From Girardia tigrina (Eukaryota), in assembly GCA_001938485.1 (NCBI GenBank), contig MQRK01186667.1, forward strand, positions 3,118 to 61,294: 58,177 bases of DNA. Reading direction: 5' to 3'. Of the stretch, positions 33,860 to 47,559 are shown piece after piece. The notes under the pieces are model-generated. The model was given only the letters and a program-made list of their open reading frames with translations, had not been told where the DNA came from and did no database searches. Position numbers and translations under genes: made by a program. The stretch's first letter is position 1. Each line of letters begins with the position of its first letter.

Positions 33860-36800
33860 GTCGTATGTTAGGTTGTTGCTATATTGTGCGTTTTTGTTTT
33901 TTTCTATAATTGTAGGTTTTTTTGTTATGCCAGTTAGTTTTTCTAATTGTGATTTCTTGTTTTTTTTCGTTTGGTCGTATTCTGAGTGCTAATAGTGTCT
34001 CATTAAGATTGTTGAGCCAGTTTTTGTCGTCTCCTTTTGTTCTGATTGTTTCTTTTAAAGTTGTGTGAAATCTTTCTATCTTGCCATTGGATTGGGGATT
34101 GTATGGCGTTGTTCGTTGTTTGCTTATATTGTATTTCTTACACAATGTTTTAAACAGTTCAGATTCAAATTTTGAACCCTGGTCGCTGATTATGTGTTTT
34201 GGTGGACCAAATCTAGTTATCCATTCGTTTTCAATTTTATTAGCTACTGTTTCAGCGGATATATTTTTTAATGGAATTGCTTCTATCCAGTGCGTTTTAC
34301 GATCTATTGGTGTTAGTATGTATTTATAGTTTTTGTTTGGGGTTAACGGTCCTACCAAGTCTTTGTAGATCGTTTCCATTTTATCACTGTCTGGATAATC
34401 TATGAATTCTAGTCTTGTTTTTATTGTTATTTTGTTTAGATTACATGTTATACATTTGTTTATAAAGTTTTTTGTCTTTTCTCATGTTTGACCATATTGC
34501 TTGAGTGTGTATTATTTGGTGAGTGGTTTTGTGTCCGTAATGGCCCATATTATGTATTCTTATAATACATTCCTCTTGTAAATCTTTTGATATGAGAGGT
34601 CTCAAATTGCCGTTGATACTATTATCATAGTATATTCCTTCCATTTGTATAATCTTTATGGATTTATGTTTTTTTGTTTCTTTTGTGATGTCTTCTTGTT
34701 TATTTCTGAGTTTTTTTATTGATATTTTTGGTTTGAATATTATCTGGTTGATGTTAGCTCTTGATAGGTAGTCTGCAACTATGTTCGACTTTCCAGATAT
34801 ATATAATATTTCACATTGGAATTGTGATATATAATTATGTATAGTGTAAAATATCTATTTTCTATCAAGTCTTTAAAGTGTTTGATGCTGTTGTGTATAG
34901 CTAAAAGTTCTCGGTCATATGTTGAGTATTTGATTTCTGGTGTTTTTAATTTTTGTGAATAGAAACATAATGGTCTTTGTTTGTTGTCGATCTTTTGTTC
35001 TAACACTGCTCAGATTTCTATGTTTGAAGCGTCGGTTGTTAGAATTAGTTCACTGTTTTCTTGTAGCATTTCTAGTTCTGTTATTTTATTTATTTCTTCT
35101 TTTACTTTTTTTGAATTGTTTTTCAAGTAGATCCTTTCATTTAATTGTTTCTAATTTAGTTTTATTTTTTATTTCTTTACTGAAGTCAGCTAGTAGTTCA
35201 AAACAATGAAGGATGCATTGGTGATAAAAGTTTATCATCCTTATAAATCTTCTGATTTCTCTAACGTTTTTCGGTTTTTCAAGTTTCGTTATGTTGAATA
35301 TCTTTTCCGGAATCGGTTCTATTTGTTTTTGACTAATTAGGTAGCCTAGGAATGATATTTTTTCTTTTAGGAATTCGCATTTTTTTGTGTTTATTTTTAG
35401 TCCGTTTTGTCTAATACTTGGAAAACGTTTTCAATATCGCATAAGTTCTCTTTTTCGTTCTTGCTTCCTATTAGTATGTCATCTAAGTATATGACGGTGT
35501 TTCTGGTGTTCATGAATATATTATTCATTGTGCGTTGAAAAGTGGCAGCTGTGTTTTTCAATCCGAAAGGCATCCCGTGTAGTCCGAATGGAGTTGTTAT
35601 GCGGTTTTCTTAATATCTTCTTTGTTCATTGGAATTTGTTGATAGGCTTTTTCAAGATATACTTTGCTGAATATTTTGGCCTGGTTGAGTCTTGTGGTTA
35701 TGTCTTTGATGAGTGGAAGCGGGTATGAATCATTAATGGTGATAGCGTTAAGTTGCCTATAATCACCGCAGCATCTCCATTCACCATTTGCTTTTTTTTA
35801 TCATCATGAGTGCTGAAGACCAGTTTGATTTCGCTGGAGTTATGATTTTTTTTCCAGTAATTCTTTGAAGATTTTCCTTGCTGCCTCGAACTTTTCTGGT
35901 GTGAGTTGTCTTGTTTTAGCATGTATTGTCAGTCCGTTTGTGATAATTGCATGTTCCACTTTCAGTTTTGTTTCTATCGTGTTTATTTTCTGTGATATAT
36001 CTGGGTATTTTGCCAGTATTTCTTTAAGTTTTGGATTTCTTGTTGTTTTTTTCTTCTTTTCCTTCGTTTTTGATTTGTGAGTAATTGTTTTGTTTAATTA
36101 TGTGGTCATTAAGTGTAAGTATTTTGATATATTTTGTCTTTTGGATATATTTTCCTGAATTATGAAATGTTCTTGATTTGAATATTTTATTAATTTTGTT
36201 GTATGGTATTGTTGTGTTTCTTCTGTATTTTAGGTTGGTTGTGTTTGTTTTGTTGTGTATATTTGTTGAGTTTGTTTTTTGGAATAGATTTTTTGTGTTT
36301 TGTTTGTTGTGTATATATGTTGTGCTTGTTTTGTTGTATAGGTTTGTTGTGTTTGATTTGTATATTTTAATGTTTTTAAAATGGATTTCTCTTTTGTCTA
36401 GTATGTTTATTGTGCCTATTCTGTTTGTTTTTATGCTGTGTAAATTGATGTCTGTTTCGTTTTCTAGATTATTATTATTTCGTTCTTGTTTCCTATTAGT
36501 ATATTGTATCGTGAATGTCGTTTGGATTTCACCTATCCTTGGTGCTGAGGATGGTGACTGGTTTGGTTTAAATTATGAAAGTAGCATTGACTTTCACAGC
36601 GGTATGCTTGATCCCCAAATTTTTCGTGGTACCAGCAAAGATTATTTTTATTGTCAATTGGTCTAATGTTCGAATTCCATTTTTTATTATTCATTTTTTG
36701 CTTGTGATCCCCTCTGTCTGTAATAATGTTGAAGTTGCTTTTTCTGTTTTCTAAATTTTTTAACTGAGTGTTGAATTTTTCAAGTTGTTTGTTTATTTCT

Positions 36801-37177
36801 GTTATTATATTTTGGTTTTCGTTGATTTCATTATTGCTTTTGTTATGGATGTGGTTTATTTCGAGGTTTGTTTCTGCATAAAATCTGTCTGCGAGTGCTG
36901 TTAGTTCTTCTGCAGAATCTGTTATTGTTGTTGTTGCTAATTGAATTCTAATGTTGTCTGGTAATGATCTTAAAAAGAATGTTTTCGTGAATTCTGAATT
37001 TTCCTCTATTTGATTGAGTTTTTGTTTTAGGGATTTGTATAATTCCGAGGGTTTACGGTCACTTAAATGAGTGTCTTCTATGCAATCGTTTAGTATGTTT
37101 ATTTTTGTATTTGTGAATTTTTCGCAGAGTGCTTTCTTAAATATTTCCAGGGGATTTTTAATTGTTAATTTTCTCAT
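33860..37177 (-). mobile_element. Ty3/gypsy CsRn1-clade retrotransposon internal region (gag, RT, RNaseH, integrase), degenerate
   Basis: Gag 36533-37177 has the CHCC motif C-X2-H-X9-C-X3-C (CWYHEKFGDQAYRCESQC). RT reads GEWRCCGDYRQLN and YLDD (about 35480), RNaseH TDAS...YSTYDRELLAI, and integrase H..GH.G, DLVGPL, SDQGS.FES, PQSNGKIERFH. Confidence 0.92.
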
Positions 37178-37455
37178 AACAATAATTCAAACGAAAATCG
37201 TCTCAATATTCTGAAAACTTATTTCGACACTTTCATTATAATATATCAATTGTTATGAATTTAAACATTTTTTATTTTTATACGAGTATTTGATTTTTAT
37301 TGATTTTCCTATAAAAATCATTTTTAATTTTTAAACGTTTTGTATTTATTTCATTTTAAAAATTTTCAAATTTAAAAAAAATGATAAGTTAATTAGGAGA
37401 AGTGTAACTTTAAACTAACTCATCGTAATTATACATTGATGTTTGAATTAACGTG

Positions 37456-37873
37456 TGATTATGTATTTAAACAAATTAAGAATGTTAATGTTTCCGACAA
37501 TTTGAATTGTCCCTGTGACAATTCCTAAGAATCATTTCGTAGTTAAACATTTTTCTATATTAATAAAATAAATTTATTTTCAAACTACTTACAAATTTTA
37601 ATTATTGATTTGGTTATATTATATTATATTTTCATTAAAAAATTTATGAATTTTAAATATTTTTAATTGCAATTTTAAATTGCAAATAAATTATAATTCA
37701 AATAAATTATTGATCAAATTTAAATTATTAATTATTATGTTGTAATAAATAGTGTACGATCAATCTTAATATTATAAATATTTTAAATATCCATTATCAT
37801 CTGCGTAAAAAATACAAATCCAAAACAACGTACTGAACAGAACATAAAAAACAATATAAAAACAATCCTCGCA
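37456..37873 (-). mobile_element. solo LTR (TGTGAGG family), diverged, 418 bp
   Basis: Reverse complement starts TGCGAGGATTG. It has the CAGATG box and the family core CAATTTGAATTGTCC..GACAAT. TSD is ACGTG/AAGTG. Confidence 0.65.
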
Positions 37874-39702
37874 AAGTGAATCAAATATATGTGATGTGAA
37901 TTTTTTACAAAAACTATGCCTTATGCAAAGAAAATCAAATTTATAAACAGATTAGCTTGTAGTCCACAAATCGCTTTCGATTTATTTGACACGACACTTT
38001 GAACTTTTTAGAGATTATCAAGAATCATTAAAAATTTGAAAAAATAGTCTATAATGAAATTAAGATTAGAAGAAGAATATCGTCGTCATCGTCGAGTCAA
38101 AACCTCGTAAGTGACAATTTTTCACATTTTCATTTTAATACTTGAAACGGTATAGAAAAACAATGTTTTCATGGTGTAAAAGTTTCATACGAGCAGGCTG
38201 AGACAATGGTATCAAAATTCATTACTTTTAAAACCTCCTATGTTATGTCTTTACTTACTAGTCTTTAGTTTTTATTGATTTCTGACAAATCTTTATATTT
38301 GTACTTACGAGGTATTGACTCGACGGCGACCATATGTAATTTAATCTTATTTAATCCTTATATTTATATATTAAATTTATATTAAATTTATACATGATAC
38401 TAATTACAATATGTATAGCATAATGAAACAATACATAAGTAAACGAAATTTAAAAATATATTGAAAATTGGTTTGTAAATTTATTGGTTTTTTATTTTTG
38501 TTGAGTGGTTCATTGAGAGCATAGCTTATATGTATTTTATAGTGATATGTAATATTTTCTAAAACCTTTTTGATAATTTATATTAATAAAATAATAGACG
38601 TATAAAATATTTTAAAATAATTAAATAAATAACAATACTTAATAAAGATTAATTAACTTTCTATAAAGGTTTACTAGGGTACAAAATGTACATCTTTCGA
38701 ATCAAAGGGTCCAGTATAAAAAGAGTTTCCAAAATCTTAAAAGCCCTTTGTGAAAAGTTCATTTAATTGTTAGGATATTAATTTTGAAAATTTAGAAGTA
38801 CTGATTTTGCAATTTAAAATAAAAAAATTATTTACATTTTGCATTTGATTTTGTTGAATCCAGTTTTGAAATTCTTGAAAAATAAATTAAAGTACAAAAT
38901 CGACTTTTTTGAAAACAGTCTAAGTTGGAAATAAGCGTTTATTTTGGAAAATATGTAAAAAATATATTTATAAATTAAAAGCAAGTAAATTTAGAATTTA
39001 ATTTATCCGTTGATCATTGAACCATTTCTTCTACAAATGAGGCATAAATGTATCCTTGCATTGCTCTGGTGAAGACTCAAAAAATTAGACTTGATTTGAA
39101 TTTTATGGTTTCATTCTTGCAGAAAACTTCTTAGCCCAATTCACTTAAATTTGTTGATTTTCAAATGAACCTGATTGAAGATATAGTTTGTATCATAAAT
39201 GATGGTAGCAATGATATTATATACCTTGGAAAACAAGTGTTATGTATTCGGATATTGTATCGAGGACCATGTTTTATGTATTTTTGTCTATTTTAGTCTT
39301 GATATCTTTTGTTTTTCTTTTGTTAAAAAATTTTTTGTTTAAGCCTTGACAAAAATCCTAGATTTATATTTTATACAAATCGTACAAATAGTTCAGTTTC
39401 AGACTAATTTATTTAAAGTGACTTTTGGGGCAGAGTAGTGTAAAGAAAATAACAAGTTTCGAGATAACAATCCCATTGTACGCAGCATGTATTGAAACTA
39501 ACATATTATATTGGATTATATGAAAATCAAAATATTTTAATAATAAATCATTGGATTAAAAAGAATTTATTTCATTTTTTTTAAAAATTAAGCAAAAATA
39601 CAGTAACAGTGATCAATCCTTTACTAGTAAATTCAACAAAATCAAAAGTGGGTCAGAGACCGACTAAACCTAAATAATGAAAATAATGATTATACTCTAA
39701 TA

Positions 39703-40754
39703 TTAGGTTGGTCGAAAAATAATGGCGGTTTTTGAGCTTTATACTTTTTTTATCTACTTTGATATGTATATAAGTTTAAATGCATTAGTGTTAGATAGTA
39801 TTTGAAATCTTATGCTTAGTTGTATATTCCTATAGCCATTATTAACATATTGCTGTTATATTTTAGAATATTTACGGTGCTAAATTAATAATGGAAAAAA
39901 TTAAAATTCGAGCAATTTTCTTGTACGAATTTAAACTGGNNNNNNNNNNNNNNNNNNNNNNNNNNNNNNNNNNNNNNNNNNNNNNNNNNNNNNNNNNNNN
40001 NNNNNNNNNNNNNNNNNNNNNNNNNNNNNNNNNNNNNNNNNNNNNNNNNNNNNNNNNNNNNNNNNNNNNNNNNNNNNNNNNNNNNNNNNNNNNNNNNNNN
40101 NNNNNNNNNNNNNNNNNNNNNNNNNNNNNNNNNNNNNNNNNNNNNNNNNNNNNNNNNNNNNNNNNNNNNNNNNNNNNNNNNNNNNNNNNNNNNNNNNNNN
40201 NNNNNNNNNNNNNNNNNNNNNNNNNNNNNNNNNNNNNNNNNNNNNNNNNNNNNNNNNNNNNNNNNNNNNNNNNNNNNNNNNNNNNNNNNNNNNNNNNNNN
40301 NNNNNNNNNNNNNNNNNNNNNNNNNNNNNNNNNNNNNNNNNTTGTCCGGGATTGGTCAATCGAAAAAGTCCCATCCTTCTTCATGATAACGCTAGACCTC
40401 ATATTTCAAAAGTGACTCTTCAAAAGCTTAATGAGTTTGGCTATGAAATCCTGCTTCATCCACCATATTCACCAGACCTCTTGCCAACGGACTTCTACTT
40501 TTTCAGGCATTTGTACAACTTCCTACGTGAAAAAATTTTCAAAAATCAAAATGATGCTCAAAATGCCTTCCAAGAATTCGTCGCTTCGAGAACCGATGCA
40601 TTTTANGCTGATGGAATAAAACAACTTGTTTCTCGTTGGCAAAAATGTATTGATGCCAACGGTTCATACTTTGATTAATAAACTTTTGTTTCTGTGAATT
40701 TGCACGTCTTTGAAGTTTGTGTCCCAAACCGCCATTATTTTTCGACCAATCTAA
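39703..40754 (+). mobile_element. mariner element (cecropia-type), middle in assembly gap
   Basis: TIRs TTAGGTTGGTCGAAAAATAATGGCGG with TA flanks. Reads MEKIKIRAIFLYEFKL...HDNARPH...YSPDLLPTD...RWQKCIDANGSYFD. Confidence 0.93.
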
Positions 40755-41319
40755 TATATGAATAATAAATTAGGTCAGATACCAAATTTTTCAAAACCGA
40801 TGAATTTATTGGCCACTTTTAGTCGCAAGCCGTCCGTTTTGACAAAACTATGTGCTGATTATCAGAACTTTGCTTCAGCTGAAATCAGCACTATATTCGA
40901 ATATTTTAAGAAGAGAGTAACCGTAGTTACTTTTTAAATATTTTATAATTTGAATTTTGTACTTTATGATTTCATATACATGGATTTTATTAAATCCTTT
41001 GTAGTGGGATTTAAATTGAATTACTATTATGTATCTAAATAGTCAGAAAAAATATAATCTTATTACAAATTATACTAATAAGTATTAAATCAATCCACAT
41101 CAAGTCTTGATGTTTATCACGAATATGTATTCCTACGTTCTCTACTGGGAAAAAAAGAAATAAGCTGTCAAAATTTTCTTATTTTAAAAATAATAGGCCT
41201 TAAATTATACAAATCTGTTGTTATATGTGTTTAACATATATTATAGTGCATTCAAAATCCAATTAATTCACTTAGAATAAAACAATGTAACTTGCATTTT
41301 GATAATTGTTCTAAAGTTG

Positions 41320-41980
41320 GATTATCAAATGATGGCACCACTGCTCGGAGAGTGTTTCAGCAGACATCCGTGTCAGCAGATATTTTGATTATTGATTAAG
41401 TTCTTCTGAAAGGGCTTCATATTGTACTTCCCACTGTGTCTTTTGGATTCAATATTGATTCCCAAAAGTTCAAAACTTTTGGATGGCAGACAGATACTTT
41501 GTTTGTACAACTCTATCTTTTGTATCTTTTGCTTCACACTTTCCAAAAGTTCCTCATTACATAATTGATTATTTTACTCCTCTATTGGGTATGAGGTTTG
41601 ATGGTACTCAAGAAGTTTCAAAGAAATACTTTAGGAAATACAGAGAATATTTTACAAGAAAATGTCGACGGTTAAAGACTAATCTAGATTTACTTAATCA
41701 TCTATTGTGCACATCAGATCTTTATATTCAAGCATTTCGCAAGCCACCTTCCACGAAAAAGCAACTCATTCTATCAGGTGTTATACCCTTACTGAAAAAT
41801 AATCTCACTGACGCTATATAACTCAGTAAGAGTATGTTTTTGTAATAATATGTTTCAAAGTCTCTTGTTTTGTATCCAGATTGTTAATTCTATCAAAATT
41901 TGTTATTAAAACATTTGATTTGCTTGTTTCTTCCTAACTTTTGGGTTTTGGCTTGAAAATTGATATTTATCTCAAGTGTG
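41320..41980 (+). mobile_element. Transib transposase C-terminal fragment with 3' terminus
   Basis: Reads SNDGTTARRVF...F.ID.QKF and TQEVSKKYFRKYREYFTRKCRRLKTNLDLLNHLLCTSDLYI (Transib NDGNTARRFF / EEAQEA.NK....RE...RK.SR...N.D....LL.SSDP). It ends ...CTCAAGTGTG (CAC terminus). Confidence 0.8.
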
Positions 41981-43526
41981 GTATGGAACATTATTTTTCC
42001 TGACACTGTATCATCAGTTGCTGTGGTCAAATGTACCTTAGATAGTAATTAAATGCTATGAAAATTGGCAAATAAGATTTGCTTTAAGAATAAACAAAGG
42101 TTTGATATAGTGTAAATTGGGTAAGTGTGCACATAACTACATGTTGCTATGTGGTTTTCGGTTACCGTATCAACCGTTAATCAAGCCATTAAAATCACAT
42201 GATTTGTTTTTAATCGAAACAGGGGGATGGTACTTCTGGCGGAATGGGATACTTTACGAATTGGTAGCTATTATTTTTGTAATTCTAAACTCATATCTGA
42301 CCCTCTGTGCATTGACAGCTATCAATTGTCGTTAGAGAAAACGAAATGTTTACTATACCGTCCCGTACTTTAACGAGTAACTGAGACATATGATAGAGAT
42401 TACAATTGACAGGTTACCAAAATCTAATCTTTTAGATGAAACATCCATCAAACTTTTTTTTAAAAATAATTTGAAAAATTGGCGTTCAAAATAATAATTT
42501 TAAAAGCCATAATTTTTTGAAATTAAAATAAAAAATAAATAAAATCTTTACCTAAAATATTTTACAAATAATAATAAATAATATGTTCATTTAAAATATT
42601 TTTTTTCACAAAAAGATATTCGTCAATTGATTAAACTTAACATTTAATAAAATTAACTTGTACAAGCAGTAAATGTCAGTCAACAACGTCTACACTCTTT
42701 CAACACTTTTTTTATCATTTTATATTTTATTTTATATTAATTCCGTTCGATGTCTTTCAATTTTAATAAGAAATTCATTTAAGATTAAATAATATATTTT
42801 AATGATAATTAAATATTTGTCAACTTATACCTCTTAATGATTATTAATTGAAAACAAATAATTATTATTATTTACAATATATTATTTTGAAAATTGTCAA
42901 CCCATTTAAGATATATTTTTTTAATTTCAATGCGACACAAAAAATTATTTATTAATTGTAAATTATTTGTTATTCAAATGAATGTCACTTATTCAAATAA
43001 AATATTATGGAAAATATTTGTCTTTACCTAAATAAAGATTGAAAAGGTTTCAAAAAATTCTAATGGAAACCTGTTGACATAGTTTAACTAAAATATTATT
43101 ATATTTATCAAAAGTCCTGAACTTATATTGTCATATTTTAATTTCGGTATACAAAATTTTTTTAATTTTTTAGTATTCATTTTGTACTCATAAATATATA
43201 AATATGATGTTAGGAGAAGAATTAAAAAATTCTCCTAATTGTCTTTCAAAAAGCAAATTCCTATTATAAAAGAAAAAGAAATACATCAGCTTAGAAACTC
43301 CGAATGGGTCTTTCAGGTCCCTATTGAGATTGTTTTCCCAAAATTCGAATGAAACTGCCCGTAAAAAAAGAGAGTTTCTGAATCGCGTGCAAGCAGCCAC
43401 AAAACAACGGCCAACATTCAGTTAGAGTAATTTTGTCATCGAATTGGTTAATAGAACATGGAATACAAAAATGATAAACCCCACTTCCGCAACATCGCCT
43501 TTGCGCTCACTCTGCTAACTGTATGA

Positions 43527-43681
43527 TATTATAAATAACACTAACACGAATTTGGAAACTTTTATTATTTTAGAAAGTTGATTTCTCCTCCGGACAATTG
43601 ATAACAAGACTTTTGTTAGTTTACATAACTCAATTGATTTTTTATTTTCATTACAAATTATGTGACTTTTAGAATTCAATT

Positions 43682-43720
<39 letters not shown>

Positions 43721-44035
43721 ATATATATATATANNNNNNNNNNNNNNNNNNNNNNNNNNNNNNNNNNNNNNNNNNNNNNNNNNTTATAAATTTTATTAGT
43801 TAAAATTAAAATAAATTTTTATTATTTTTATATATACTAAATTTATAAATTTCTTTAAAAATTGAAAATAGATTGTGCAAACCATGTAATTTTGAAAGTG
43901 ATTTTAAAATTTAAAATAAATTAAAAATACATTTAAATATTAAAAATCAGCTTAAAATAAATTACTTTCAAGTAATAAAAATTAAAATATTGGCAGCCAT
44001 CTGGTTAGGAGAGAAAAATCTTAAATCAACATACA
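43527..44035 (-). mobile_element. 5'-truncated LTR (TGTGAGG family) containing (TA)n and a gap
   Basis: CCATCTGGTTAGGAGAG box at about 43997-44013 and a family core near 43580. The 5' terminus is missing. Confidence 0.55.
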
Positions 44036-44380
44036 ATCGTCAGTTGTGAGGTTTTTTCAGGACAATACTATGTAATGTATTGATTTTTAAAAACTTTTGT
44101 ATAATTTGTGTAAACATGGTTTTAAATGTTTCATTATTAATGCCTCAATAACTGTCCACTTATTATATGTTCGAGAATCAAAAGAAAATAGCGCGAGAAT
44201 TATTTTCTTTCTCTTGATTCTTTCAGGTTTTTAATTGTGGAAAAATAAAGAAAGAAAATTAGTGTTTTTCAATTGTTAAAAGAAAGAATGAAATGTTATT
44301 ATTGTAAATTATTTTATTTTTAAAGAAAAATAAAGTAATGTAAAATTAAATATAAAAAGAATTGTTCGGATGTTTGTTAA

Positions 44381-44816
44381 TATTAAGAACACCAATTTGA
44401 CTTTTCACATTTTATTCACACAACAATTTTGATTGTCCTTAAGACAATCTTTGTCAAAGCTTTCGTACGATTACATTCTAAACTAAAGTGATTAATGAAT
44501 TAATTCTTATTATTTTTAGCAAACGGATACATAAATAATTTATTAAAATATTCACTCAAAACTTATTGGATACAAATTAAAATGATTATAAATTATTTAA
44601 AAAATATTAATTTGATTTATTTATTAAAATTGTAAAAATTAATTAACGTATTTAAAATTTTAAAATTATTTGAAATTAAAAATGAATTTAAACATTACAT
44701 ATTTTTAGATAATAAGAATTCCAATATTAATCATCATCTGAGTAGGAGAGACACAATTATAAATCAACATGCAACAATCAAATACAAAAAATCAAACATT
44801 CAAAATATTCCTCACA
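44381..44816 (-). mobile_element. solo LTR (TGTGAGG family), 436 bp
   Basis: Reverse complement runs TGTGAGGAATATTTT...GTTCTTAATA with a perfect TSD GTTAA (44376-44380 / 44817-44821). Confidence 0.9.
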
Positions 44817-45998
44817 GTTAAAAAAAATAAGTTTTAGTTTAAAAAGATTGTACCATGAAAATTTTAGAGTGAAAATAAAGATTTGGCAGACATTGTTGAG
44901 TTTTTCTTTTGAAATGAAATTAATTATCTCATCAAGTTGATTGATTATTTGATGAAAAAATAATAAAAGAAGTATGAAAAAGATGATTGGTGATTTAATC
45001 CAAGAAGTCGAATTTATAAATTTAAGAAATCAGTGTTATGTTACAAGATGAAACGATATCCGTAAATGAATTAATGACAATGGAATATTGTTTTGACATT
45101 ATAATTCTTATTTTTTGCAATTTATGAGAACGGGAGATTAGTAATTGATTATAATGATTCATCGTTGACGCCAAAAACAGGAACCATGATGGCAATGAGC
45201 AGAACCACGCAACTGCGCTAGCTCGGCGATTATTATCTATATAAAACTTTTGCTTAATGACTAAAATTTTTATTCTTCTTCTTATTATTATTAGGGTTCT
45301 AAAGTGAAACAAGTAACACAAATGCTTGTGTTGTAAGATTAGAGTCAAACAGTTTTTGTGAATGTGGTTTAAATCAAACTTTTTCAATCAGTTTAAAAAA
45401 ATCGCTTTAACATGTTTATCGATTAAAAAAAATAAAATATTTAGAATAGCTATTATAAAAAAATAAAATAAAATAAATCATTATTTTATTTGACATAAGT
45501 CGTCTCTTTACAGGAACACTTTCGGCATAATTTTCATAATTTTATAGAGACAGAGCTATGGCACTAAATTTTGATCAAATACCCGCAAAATCTTAAAATT
45601 AATATTTTTAATCAACTCTTTACTAAACCAGGAAACCGTAAATAAAGAAATTAAACTATAAGTATAAAATATATAGTTTTCTAGACACATTTAAACTTTT
45701 AATAAAAATAGAAGTCATAACTACAGTGACTTTTAAAGTCTTCTCTCTTCAAAAAATATTTTGGAATGTAAAATAAATGTTATATGTATTTAAGGGATGC
45801 AAATACATATAATTAATTACTTCTTATGAAATAATTTATTAAATAACATAAACATACATAAATAAAGTAAAATAAAATAAATTAAAATAAAGATGAATAG
45901 ACTTTTTGTTTAAAAAAAAGCTTTAATTTTATTTGAAAATTTTTTCAATATTTATTTGGGTGATTTTTATTTTCTTTCTTCTTAAATCTGTACAAATA

Positions 45999-46281
45999 TT
46001 AGGTGTACAAATATGAAAGTTTGTTTCACTTTGTTTAATATTATTCCATTAATAAACGTTTTTCTATAATCTGTTTGTATCTGTAATGTAGAGTGTTTTA
46101 TACGCTATCTAATACTTTTTGAATTTTTTAAAAAAATGCAGCACATAAAATTTTATTGTAATTTTGCAGTTGACCACCGAAACTCCAACAAAAGGGCATT
46201 TGCATAAAGTTCTTTTATTCATGTTTAACATGAAGAAAAGTACCATTGATTCTCAAAAATGATGGCTGGAGTACATGGCAA

Positions 46282-46321
<40 letters not shown>

Positions 46322-47262
46322 TGCCAGAGCTCGTCAGAAATGGTTTAAGTGATTCCGAGAAGGATAGTTTGATCTGAGCAACAAAGACCGCGGTAGACAA
46401 CCAAAGCAGTTTAAAGACAATGAAATGCAAGCCTTAATTGATGAAGATGATGCCCAAACGCAAAAACAGTTTGCTGATGCGTTAGGTGTGACTCACTTAA
46501 CAATTCCAAATAGCTTGCATGACATGGGCAAGATTCAAAAAGAAAGACAATAAGTGCCGCATGAATTGATTGAAAAGAAAATCGAAGAACAACGTGTTAA
46601 CGTGTGCTTGATTGGCAGCAACGCAAGTCATTCAAGCATCAAATTATCATTAGTGATGAAAAGTACATTTATTTCGATAATGCAAAAATGGACAAATCCA
46701 GGAAAGAAGATAAAGTATAAAATCCATAAAGTTTAAAAAATGGACAAATCCAGGAAAGGCGATAAAGTATAAAATCCATGGAAAAAAAGTGCTGCTCTGC
46801 ATATGGTGGGATCAGAAGGGCATTTTGTATCATGAACTTCTGGAATCTGATAAAACTGTTACGGCGGCTCGTTCTAGAGAGCAATAAATCGATTTGAACA
46901 GAGAAGTTACCACCAAACGACAGGAATGAACCCCAAGACACGAGTGCCCGATATTACTTCATGACAATGCGAGACCTCGTGTTGCAAAACCGGTTAAAAA
47001 TACAATAAAAAACTGGACTATGAAATCTTACCTCACCCCCTTACTTTCCTGACATTATTTTATCAGATTATCACTTATTTCGATCAATGGCTCACGGATT
47101 TACGGGACAGAAGTTCACAAAACACGAAGAAGTGCGAAAATTGCTCGATAAATAGATTGCATTGAAACAAATGAAATTCTTTTTTGATGGAATCTATAAA
47201 TTACCAATAAATTGAAATAATGTTGTAAATAAACGTTTAAACTTTCATTTGTGTATACCTAA
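45999..47262 (+). mobile_element. mariner element (mauritiana/Mos1-like TIR), degenerate
   Basis: TIRs TTAGGTGTACAAATATGAAAG / CTTTCATTTGTGTATACCTAA with TA flanks. Motifs VPHEL, SDEKYIYFDN, HDNARP and FPDI..SDYHLF are present. A (TA)n expansion lies at 46284-46320. Confidence 0.9.
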
Positions 47263-47559
47263 TAATATGTCACATTTTTCACTTTTTATTTTCCTTACTC
47301 TAACAAAATCTTTCTCTCTTTCTTTTATCTTCAGACTACTTGTGAAAAGGTGTTCAAATTTTTTAAATTTTCAAAGAACTAATCATGATTATTGAAAAGA
47401 AATTTGTGTTCCGAAAGTATTTTCTAAAAACAATATTTTTAAAAGAGCAATAAAATGAAATATTTTTTTAATTTGTACATATTAAGTATTTGCATCTCAT
47501 AAAAGTATAATTATACATGTTTTTTCTCTTTTTATGCGATAAATGTGTTCCACAGAAAA

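Noticed and set aside
36178-36666. Hydrophobic 162-aa plus-strand ORF (and 34940-35209) as membrane proteins or env
   Set aside because: These are antisense shadows of the A-rich gypsy coding strand; T-richness yields F/L/V runs.
39872-40415. Long ORFs spanning N runs (also 11991, 55037, 56643, 57765)
   Set aside because: Open only because of assembly gaps or (TA)n tracts.
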